Shown: positions 8,060-15,369 of the stretch, one piece after another
Layout of the letters: every line of letters starts with the position of its first letter
How positions within the stretch are numbered: the stretch's first letter is position 1
NCBI GenBank assembly: GCA_013166835.1
Contig: JABLTI010000057.1
Location: 1 to 17,204, forward strand
DNA from: Promethearchaeati archaeon
GTDB lineage: Archaea > Asgardarchaeota > Heimdallarchaeia > JABLTI01
DNA: 17,204 nt
Reading direction: 5' to 3'
Notes under the pieces: model-generated
What the model saw: the letters and a program-made list of their open reading frames with translations, nothing else
Told to the model about the DNA's origin: nothing
Database searches by the model: none
Position numbers and translations under genes: made by a program

Positions 8060-8188
8060 TTCTTATCTATATAATAAATAGTTTCTCAATGTTTATAAAT
8101 ATTATTCTTAATGATGTAATTTTCCACTCTCTTATAGGTGAACTCAAGTTCTCACTATAATGAGAACCCTTATATACTGGTATGAGAA
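8060..8188. promoter_or_regulatory. Divergent promoters with operator array, module 2
   Basis: Palindrome TTCTCA-ctataa-TGAGAA at 8149-8166, TATA box TTATATA at 8170-8176, TGAGAA at 8183-8188. Half-sites at 8060 (TTCTTA), 8083 (TTCTCA), 8105 (TTCTTA) and 8127 (degenerate CTCTCT). Confidence 0.8.
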
Positions 8189-8228
8189 TAACTTCCTAAC
8201 GAATTGGTAAAGTTTGGGTGAAAAAAAA

Positions 8229-8330
8229 TTGAAAGAGAAGAAAAATATCACCACAGATAAAGATGGAAAGAAAGATAGTGAAAAAGTCAAGATTCTCTTG
8301 GCTATGTTTTACTCAGATGGATTGATATAA
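8229..8330 (+). CDS. Small peptide B, 33 aa: MKEKKNITTDKDGKKDSEKVKILLAMFYSDGLI
   Basis: GGGTGA RBS, A-run and TTG, the same start context as peptide A; first ORF after the TATA box; charged N-terminus and hydrophobic C-terminus. Confidence 0.65.
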   Translation: MKEKKNITTDKDGKKDSEKVKILLAMFYSDGLI

Positions 8331-8356
8331 TCACACTGTTCGTGGAGGAAACCACA

Positions 8357-8428
8357 ATGAAAGATCACAGAAATCTTAAAGGCCAAATCAAGAAGGAATT
8401 AACTCCCATCAAGAGAGTTACAAAATAA
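8357..8428 (+). CDS. Small peptide C, 23 aa: MKDHRNLKGQIKKELTPIKRVTK
   Basis: GGAGGA RBS (8344-8349) 7 nt before ATG; N-terminus resembles peptide A (IKKE). Confidence 0.5.
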   Translation: MKDHRNLKGQIKKELTPIKRVTK

Positions 8429-8459
8429 AAAGAATCGGTAGAATGGAGGAATCACGCTG

Positions 8460-8546
8460 ATGCAAAAAAAGCAAGAGCACAAAAAGAAAATCCAAGCAGA
8501 TAAAAATAAAACCAGAATGAAATTCGCACTATTTACAGGCAGATAA
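8460..8546 (+). CDS. Small peptide D, 28 aa: MQKKQEHKKKIQADKNKTRMKFALFTGR
   Basis: GGAGGA RBS (8445-8450); C-terminal RMKFALFTGR matches RIKFALYTGR of peptide A with synonymous codon differences. Confidence 0.8.
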   Translation: MQKKQEHKKKIQADKNKTRMKFALFTGR

Positions 8547-8550
8547 GAAC

Positions 8551-8611
8551 GCTCCTTCCATGGGGAGTGCTCCTTATCTCCCTTTCTGGTATTATTTTTT
8601 GGGGAAGAGAT
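8551..8611 (+). terminator. GC-richer hairpin(s) after the peptide cluster
   Basis: GCTCCTT-ccat-GGGGAGT (8551-8568, with G-U pairs) and ATCTC-CC...GGGG-aa-GAGAT (8576-8611) around a T-rich stretch. Confidence 0.4.
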
Positions 8612-8639
8612 TAAGTCTATTTTTATTAATTCTATTCGG

Positions 8640-8671
8640 AATATGTCACTTAAGAAATTCTTAAATGATGA
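8640..8671 (+). promoter_or_regulatory. Conserved promoter motif of surface-protein paralog 1
   Basis: aatatgtcacttaagaaattcttaaatgatga is 25/32 identical to 10699-10730; contains TTAAAT; begins 67 nt before ATG 8707. Confidence 0.7.
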
Positions 8672-8706
8672 ATTTCTCACGTTTAGATAGTAATAGGTGT
8701 TTTCCT

Positions 8707-9684
8707 ATGAACCGAAAAATTAAGATTTTGATGTTGACTAAAATAGTACTTGTACTATTTCTTATTGGTAATTATACCACAACCCTTGCTGCTGATAGAG
8801 AATGGCACGTAGGAGACATTTTTACTTTTACTGACTCAATACATCAGATTATCACCGACCATGACATTGAATTCGATTCACAAGATACAACCGAAATTGT
8901 AGTGCAAGATGCATTTACTTATAATATTACCGAAATCAATTTACTAACCGGAAGGTATTGGGCTTTTATGACTGATACATCTGGTGCAGGAAGCATTATC
9001 GGTTATAATTTTACTATTGATGACTACGTTAGCACCTACATTGATAATATCAATACAGCTCTAACAGTTGATTACGAATGGGACTATGGCACAAATAGCA
9101 CAAAATTAGTTGATTTTGGCTTTGGTCTTGCTATTTGGTTACTAATTGAACCTGATTGGGCAAAACTCAATACTGCTTTTATTGATATGTTTAATGAAAC
9201 AGAAATCATAGAGACAGTTGCAGATCCTTATCAACCAATTACTTACAATTTTACTCTTGGAGATTTCCTAAGTTCAATTTCCTATACTTTCATGGGTAAA
9301 GATAATCTTGCAGACGCTAAAAAACAAATGAAATCTGACACCACTGAATGGAGTCTAGTATTTGATTTGACTAATGTCATTTATACAGATGTATTAAATG
9401 GAACTCTTGGATACGATGAGTATTATCCATATCCGAATGCGATTTTCACCTATGAAATGGGTTACTCAAAAGGCGGTGTTTTGCAAAGAGCTCACACGAA
9501 AATTGATTATAGTGTTCTTCAGGGCAATTATAGAGGTGATGTTTATATGAAGATCCTCACAATTTTTGGAGATCTCGAAGCTCTAACCGGTAATTTTGCT
9601 TATTGGATGGCAGTTCCAGGATTTCTGTTAATTGTGGCGGTTGTGCGAATTGCTAAACGAAAATCAAATAGGAGGAATAGGTGA
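8707..9684 (+). CDS. Membrane-anchored surface protein, paralog 1 (start revised from 8665)
   Basis: AGGTG RBS before ATG 8707; MNRKIKILML matches MSKKIRILML of paralog 3; signal peptide; shared motifs YEWDY, LLIEPDW, ADPYQPI, MGK; C-terminal TM helix plus basic tail. Confidence 0.8.
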   Translation: MNRKIKILMLTKIVLVLFLIGNYTTTLAADREWHVGDIFTFTDSIHQIITDHDIEFDSQDTTEIVVQDAFTYNITEINLLTGRYWAFMTDTSGAGSIIGYNFTIDDYVSTYIDNINTALTVDYEWDYGTNSTKLVDFGFGLAIWLLIEPDWAKLNTAFIDMFNETEIIETVADPYQPITYNFTLGDFLSSISYTFMGKDNLADAKKQMKSDTTEWSLVFDLTNVIYTDVLNGTLGYDEYYPYPNAIFTYEMGYSKGGVLQRAHTKIDYSVLQGNYRGDVYMKILTIFGDLEALTGNFAYWMAVPGFLLIVAVVRIAKRKSNRRNR

Positions 9685-9689
9685 TTCAA

Positions 9690-10649
9690 ATGAAAACTAA
9701 AAATAAACTTATCTTTGTTCTATCTTTTGTCTCAATAATTCTTCTATTTAGTACCTTTACAAATGCGAATGCAGCTGAAGCCCCATGGGCTGATGGAAGT
9801 ATATTTACTTGGGCTGCTGAAGATGGTATAATCCTTCATACAGTTGATTACGAAGCAGATATTGAGCAAATTATTGAATCCCGTTCAGGATCATTATTCA
9901 CTTATAATCTAACAGATGTGGATAATAGCACATTAACCTATGATTATGATGTGCTTGGAATACTCGGTGTTGGCGGTATTACTTCCTATGACGTGCAAGC
10001 CTTCATTGGATCATTCTCCCTTGGAAGTATGTTCACAGTAAGTTATGTTTGGGACTATGAATACAATATAACAGTGTTGGACACATTTGGATTTACACTA
10101 CCATATTGGTTATTGATAGAACCAAATTGGACAACCGTTAATAGTAAATTTAATGAAGAATTCAACGGTAGTACAATAATGGACACTGTTGCAGATCCAT
10201 ACCTACCTCTTATCCATAATTTTACATTGAATGATTTGCTTAATGACGCTAATTCTTTTTCAATTATGGGTAAAAGCACCTTAGCAGAAGCTAAACAACA
10301 ATTCACCCCCTCAACAACCAGATGGACATTCGAGTTTGATTACTCAAATGTTTTGCTAACAGGTAGATTCAATTCCACAGCTGGTTACAACAACTACTAT
10401 AAATACGAAGTGCTAACTGAACAAGCTACTCTAGAATATAACGCTAATGGGGTTCTCAAATATTATGAAGATAATGGAGAAGTACAAGAAACATATATGG
10501 ATAGAATGATTAGCATAAAGTACAATTTCTACATCAATTTAGGCGACTTTCTCACAACAGAGACATCCCCATTCTGTTTTCTAATAGCAATTCCTGCTGT
10601 AGCAAGTATGGTCATTTTTGTGAAATGGATGAATAAGAGAAAGAATTAA
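9690..10649 (+). CDS. Membrane-anchored surface protein, paralog 2 (start ATG 9690 or GTG 9681)
   Basis: AGGTGA-N5-ATG; signal peptide; YVWDY, LLIEPNW, ADPYLPL, MGK, WTFEFD; TETSPF followed by TM helix and KRKN. Confidence 0.8.
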   Translation: MKTKNKLIFVLSFVSIILLFSTFTNANAAEAPWADGSIFTWAAEDGIILHTVDYEADIEQIIESRSGSLFTYNLTDVDNSTLTYDYDVLGILGVGGITSYDVQAFIGSFSLGSMFTVSYVWDYEYNITVLDTFGFTLPYWLLIEPNWTTVNSKFNEEFNGSTIMDTVADPYLPLIHNFTLNDLLNDANSFSIMGKSTLAEAKQQFTPSTTRWTFEFDYSNVLLTGRFNSTAGYNNYYKYEVLTEQATLEYNANGVLKYYEDNGEVQETYMDRMISIKYNFYINLGDFLTTETSPFCFLIAIPAVASMVIFVKWMNKRKN

Positions 10650-10698
10650 TCTCTTGTTTCTTCATTTTTTCTGCTTTTTTTTCTTTTGATTCTCCTTA

Positions 10699-10730
10699 AA
10701 TATGTCGTGTTAGGAATTCTTATATGAGGA
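10699..10730 (+). promoter_or_regulatory. Conserved promoter motif of surface-protein paralog 3
   Basis: aatatgtcgtgttaggaattcttatatgagga, with TTATAT; begins 67 nt before ATG 10766. Confidence 0.7.
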
Positions 10731-10765
10731 TGCTATCTAATCTAATTAGTGTTTAGGTGATGCTT

Positions 10766-11734
10766 ATGAGCAAAAAAATTAGGATTTTGATGTTGATCAA
10801 TGCAATTGCAGCTATGATTTTAGTAAGCAGTATTAGCACTGCCCAAGCTGTTCCACCAGGTTGGAATGCTGGCGACATAATTGTCTGGGGCATGAGGAAT
10901 ACAACAAAAGCTTCGACTTATGAAGAAGGTGAAGATGTTTTAGGTTCAGAAGTTACTATGAATAACGATCTTGAATATAATGTAACCGCACTTGATACTT
11001 TAAACAGGGAATTTGATGCTATTGAGACTGATGCTAGCGGTTCAACTTTTAGAGATAATAAAGACTATGGTGCTGCCGAGTTTGTAAGTGATGAGCTAGA
11101 TCTTTATGATTTCTTCAGTGTTAATTATGTCTGGGATTACGTAAACAATGTCTCAGTTTGCACCAGCTTTGATGCATATTTCTTTGACAGTTTCATTTCG
11201 ATTTATTTCTTAATTGAACCAGACTGGGCCATAATAAACGATGGTTACGTAGACATGTTTAATACTTCAGTAGTTATGGATACACTAGCTGATCCATATC
11301 AACCAATCATTTACAATTATACACTTGGAGACATTATTGATGCAATTTCTATGAAAATAATGGGTAAAAACGAACTTAGTTCTGCCATCAATCAATTCAC
11401 AGATACCGTGAGAAAATGGACTTTTGAATTTGACCTCAGCGGTTACATAAAAAATGGTCAATTTAATGGTACAGATATAATCTACTATGATTATGAAGAA
11501 TACAAAATCTACGTTGAATTAGAATACACTAAAGAAGGTGTGTTGGATCGATTAGAATATAGTTTTATTGACAAAATAACCATTAATGATGTAACTAATG
11601 AGTTTGATTACAAAGAAGTAATTGCACAAGGTGGTATGAAAGCTGCTGCAGCAAACTTCGCGACTTTCGCAGCTATAGGCGGTCTCGTCTCCACAGCGTT
11701 AATTGCTATTTTCATCAAACGTAAGAAGAAGTGA
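10766..11734 (+). CDS. Membrane-anchored surface protein, paralog 3 (start revised from 10757)
   Basis: AGGTGA-N5-ATG; signal peptide; YVWDY, FLIEPDW, ADPYQPI, MGK, WTFEFD; ANF followed by TM helix and KRKKK; T-tract downstream. Confidence 0.8.
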   Translation: MSKKIRILMLINAIAAMILVSSISTAQAVPPGWNAGDIIVWGMRNTTKASTYEEGEDVLGSEVTMNNDLEYNVTALDTLNREFDAIETDASGSTFRDNKDYGAAEFVSDELDLYDFFSVNYVWDYVNNVSVCTSFDAYFFDSFISIYFLIEPDWAIINDGYVDMFNTSVVMDTLADPYQPIIYNYTLGDIIDAISMKIMGKNELSSAINQFTDTVRKWTFEFDLSGYIKNGQFNGTDIIYYDYEEYKIYVELEYTKEGVLDRLEYSFIDKITINDVTNEFDYKEVIAQGGMKAAAANFATFAAIGGLVSTALIAIFIKRKKK

Positions 11735-11891
11735 ATTTTTAATTCCACTTTTTTCTTTTTTCTTTTCTCTTTTGCCTTAATCTGAAGTTATTTTAAAGTT
11801 CTTCACATTTTATTCATTAAGGATCAATTGATCTACGAAAAACCAATTCATACGAGTGGATTTTATGAACTGGAGCCTGAGGAAATAGACG

Positions 11892-14800
11892 ATGTTTTCA
11901 AAAATTAGATCATATTTTATTATATTTATAATCCTAGCTACCCCCCTAAATTCATTATTTTTGAGCATGTTAGTAGCAAGTCCTAACTCAAGCTCCGCTA
12001 TACTTTCGAATGATTATATTGAAGGTACAGGAGATTTATCTCCGAATGCAGAGAATGGATTACTTTGGAGTTCCATTTCCGGATTAACAGGAGAGTTAAC
12101 TACTTCTCCGATAATTGACTTTAATACCGAGAGTGAATTAATGCAAATAGTCTACATTGGAACAGAAATTGGATTAACAAAAATACAAGTAGAAACTGGG
12201 AACATCTATTGGACTCATCCTACTCCTGGAGCTATACTTAGTATAACTCCAGTTGAGGACATAACAGGTGATAATAATAAAGAAATCCTTGTAACAGTTG
12301 ATAATCAAGAATTCAACAATACTGAAATGTTAAATGGTTTAACTGGAGAAATCATTTGGTCACATCGTCCAACAGAGACCGTTTGGCAAGAAGGTATAGG
12401 TTTTTCACAACAAGAAACGCGAACTTGGTCTGGTTTGCTCATAGAAGACATTTCTGGTGATGGAACTAGAGATGTGTTGGTTTCATCATATAAATCAGTC
12501 TTTGCCTTAGATGCAGAAGATGGTTCAGTATTATGGCAACAAAGTGCTTCTAATGATGTCTGGAATACTGAATTAATGGATGATGATGTAGATTCGGATG
12601 GATATGATGATATTGTAATAGGTTCACAAGATGGTGAGCTAATGCTTCTCAGTGGAGAAGATGGTTCAATTATCTGGGAAATTATTGCTGCAGAGGAAGC
12701 GAGATATATCGATCAAACTCAAGGTATCGAATATACCTTTGATCGCAATGTATATGATGTTCGCAAGTGTTTTGACATGAATGGTGATGGTAAGAAAGAT
12801 ATTCTCACTACAGATGAGAACGGTTATTGTGCAATTTATGATGTCATTTCAGGCGAACTAATTGATCGAGTACTTGCTTATAGTAGGACCGGACCTGAAA
12901 CAGATCAGGCTTCTTTTGGCAGCAAAGATTTCTATAATCCTATGTCAATGGATGTTGTCGATGATTATGGATTGACAAAAGTCCTTACTGCTGCACGTTC
13001 AGATGCTGTTTTTAGTAATCTCACACTCTCTCTTCTAAATCTAGGGATGAATGATCTATATGTTGATTGGAGTATTTCATCTGTCAATATTGAAGATGTT
13101 AGAAGTATTGCAACAAGCGTAGCGACGGAAGGTAATGGAACTTATACTAAAATGATTATTCCCACAGGAATCATGGGTTCTTCACAATTTGAGAGAACAA
13201 TAGAAGTATATGCTCTATTCAACAACTCTATGATAGCTCAATGGAATCTCACAGTGTTAAATACTGAAAGCGATTTTCAGTTAGACTTTGGAGATACCTC
13301 AGAAGGCCAATACCCATTTAGTGGCAATCATGCATTCTTCGTTAGAGATTTTCAAGGATCACCAGAGGAAGAAGTGCTTATTTATCTAGCAGGATACGGT
13401 TTATATCTCCTAGATGGAGATACCGGAGATTTACTATGGAGTCAAATAAAATCAGCAAAAGTAAAAATCGAACCCTATTTTGATGTTAATTCCGATTCAA
13501 CCATTGATATACTAAGAAAAGAATACTATTATCTTGACCAGTACAGTACTAGTCGTTTCCGTATACCAAGGATAACTATGATTAGTGGCGATTCCGGCGA
13601 AACAATTTGGGATCATGAAATAGATTATGAAGATCGAGAATTAGTAGGTGGAGGATACTTAAGCATTCTACAAGCGGAAGATATTACAAATGATTCAATT
13701 CCTGATTTATGGCTTGCTCAGCAAGAATATGATAACTGGGAATTTAATCTGGTTAATGTTTCAAAAGTCAAATTACTAGACGGTGCTACTGGAGCCATTG
13801 TTTGGGAATCATTACCAGCTAATAGTTCAAAGGTATACTCTCAAGAGCAAATGAGATTAACGTCGATATCTCCTATTGCTGATCAAGATAATGATGAAAT
13901 TCAAGATATTTTAATAGGATGTCAAAGAAGTTACATTTATTGTAGGAGTGGTTTTGATGGGGCACTAATCTGGAATATTACTCGAGAAGCAGCACCTTTT
14001 GATCCACATTATAGAAATTGGATTCCATATACCCCACTTATTTCCGGTGTTGGGAACATACAAGGAAATACCACAGATGATTTTGTAATTCTGGGTGATG
14101 GGCAAGTACAATTAGTTGATTCTGATAATTTCACAACAGTTATGTGGTTATGGTTTAATCCACTTGGTTGGATTGATGAGCAAAATTTTAAAATCCATAT
14201 AAATTGGGCTCAGAATGAATTATTCGCTATTTTTACCATTAATAAAAATGATAAACAATATACAGCTTTTATCGATCTTGTCACTGGAACTTTGGATCAT
14301 GAAATTCTTGGGGAAATGAATCAATTCAATATTCAATTCTTTGCTGCTGATTTTAATTTAGATGGAACAAATGATCATTTACTATACCGACCTTATGGTA
14401 GTGAAGATTTTACGGAAGGAACATACATTATCAATGGAATCACTGGTAGTGTCTTAAGTTTTTATTCAACCTTTTACCCGCAATTTGAACGCTGGTATTG
14501 GCTTGTTGATCAACTCTACAGATTTGGAGCTGATAGTTTCGTAGATGTATACGAAGATGTAAACTCCGATGGAATTCCTGAAATTGTCTCTGGTTTTTCC
14601 ATTGGCAAGCATAATAAGGAAGATCTAGGCCAAGGAATGGCTGTAGAAATAATTGATGTCTCGACGATAAATCCAGATGTTATAAAATATGAATTCGTAA
14701 AAATAGAGAAAGATCAATATTCATCCCCACCACTTTTACCTGCTGGTTATACTCGGACTATTGGTGATGTAACTGGTGACGGAAAAGCAGAGATTCTTAT

Positions 14801-15362
14801 CTCTTTAGTTACTCCAGAAGGAGAATTTAAGACAATAATATTAGATATTTCGAAGGATGGTGGAGTTTGGAAGGAAATCACTGATATTGTCTATGACTCA
14901 ATAATTCCAGCAGAACTTAATGGAACATTAGATGGAGATTTAGTTCTTTGTGATCTTAATGGACGAATTAGAGCTTTAGATAATGAGTTTGCTGTCACAA
15001 TTACAGATTTCCAAGTAATTCAACAAGGAGTTGGACAATACTACCTAGAGTGGAGTAGTAATGCAGAGAATGTAATGTCTAAAATCTTTATTGATCATGA
15101 AGTAGTATCAACTGTGTTCACTTCAGAAGCAGAAATTTTCTTGAGTGGTGGAGAGCACAATCTAACTATTTCAGTTAGTGATCGAAATGGAATAAGTGCT
15201 TTTACTAACATGATAGTTTCAATTGATAGAGGTGGTGGGTTGCTAATAGTATGGATAGCGGTGGGAGTACTAACTATTGGTTTTGTTGGATTGAAATTAT
15301 TCTTCAGATTTAAACGGAAAGAAGACTTAACGGACTTCGGTCCAGATAGAGGAGGAACGTGA
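11892..15362 (+). CDS. Large single-pass surface protein with FG-GAP/VCBS-like Ca-binding and PQQ-like beta-propeller repeats
   Basis: About 12 D-x-[NTD]-x-D-G-like loops (DITGDNNKEILV, DISGDGTRDVLV, DVDSDGYDDIVI, DMNGDGKKDILT, DVTGDGKAEILI and others) alternating with [TD]G-x-[IVL]-[ILV]-W motifs; beta-rich Ig-like segment; C-terminal TM helix and short tail. Confidence 0.82.
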   Translation: MFSKIRSYFIIFIILATPLNSLFLSMLVASPNSSSAILSNDYIEGTGDLSPNAENGLLWSSISGLTGELTTSPIIDFNTESELMQIVYIGTEIGLTKIQVETGNIYWTHPTPGAILSITPVEDITGDNNKEILVTVDNQEFNNTEMLNGLTGEIIWSHRPTETVWQEGIGFSQQETRTWSGLLIEDISGDGTRDVLVSSYKSVFALDAEDGSVLWQQSASNDVWNTELMDDDVDSDGYDDIVIGSQDGELMLLSGEDGSIIWEIIAAEEARYIDQTQGIEYTFDRNVYDVRKCFDMNGDGKKDILTTDENGYCAIYDVISGELIDRVLAYSRTGPETDQASFGSKDFYNPMSMDVVDDYGLTKVLTAARSDAVFSNLTLSLLNLGMNDLYVDWSISSVNIEDVRSIATSVATEGNGTYTKMIIPTGIMGSSQFERTIEVYALFNNSMIAQWNLTVLNTESDFQLDFGDTSEGQYPFSGNHAFFVRDFQGSPEEEVLIYLAGYGLYLLDGDTGDLLWSQIKSAKVKIEPYFDVNSDSTIDILRKEYYYLDQYSTSRFRIPRITMISGDSGETIWDHEIDYEDRELVGGGYLSILQAEDITNDSIPDLWLAQQEYDNWEFNLVNVSKVKLLDGATGAIVWESLPANSSKVYSQEQMRLTSISPIADQDNDEIQDILIGCQRSYIYCRSGFDGALIWNITREAAPFDPHYRNWIPYTPLISGVGNIQGNTTDDFVILGDGQVQLVDSDNFTTVMWLWFNPLGWIDEQNFKIHINWAQNELFAIFTINKNDKQYTAFIDLVTGTLDHEILGEMNQFNIQFFAADFNLDGTNDHLLYRPYGSEDFTEGTYIINGITGSVLSFYSTFYPQFERWYWLVDQLYRFGADSFVDVYEDVNSDGIPEIVSGFSIGKHNKEDLGQGMAVEIIDVSTINPDVIKYEFVKIEKDQYSSPPLLPAGYTRTIGDVTGDGKAEILISLVTPEGEFKTIILDISKDGGVWKEITDIVYDSIIPAELNGTLDGDLVLCDLNGRIRALDNEFAVTITDFQVIQQGVGQYYLEWSSNAENVMSKIFIDHEVVSTVFTSEAEIFLSGGEHNLTISVSDRNGISAFTNMIVSIDRGGGLLIVWIAVGVLTIGFVGLKLFFRFKRKEDLTDFGPDRGGT

Positions 15363-15369
15363 TAAAACA

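Noticed and set aside
6905-8188. Periodic hexamer arrays as a CRISPR array or iterons
   Set aside because: The repeats are only 6 bp and degenerate, with about 16-bp gaps; there are no cas or rep genes; their position at TATA boxes fits operators.
7095-8546. Peptides as RiPP precursors or type I toxins
   Set aside because: No modifying enzyme in the window; the conserved part is C-terminal rather than a leader; the hydrophobic stretch is too short to span a membrane.
8399-8680. 93-aa minus-strand hydrophobic ORF
   Set aside because: Antisense shadow of peptides C and D; its apparent hydrophobicity comes from complementing Lys codons.
8665-8706. N-terminal extension of surface paralog 1 given in the ORF track
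   Set aside because: Overlaps the promoter motif; the RBS and the paralog alignment favour ATG 8707.
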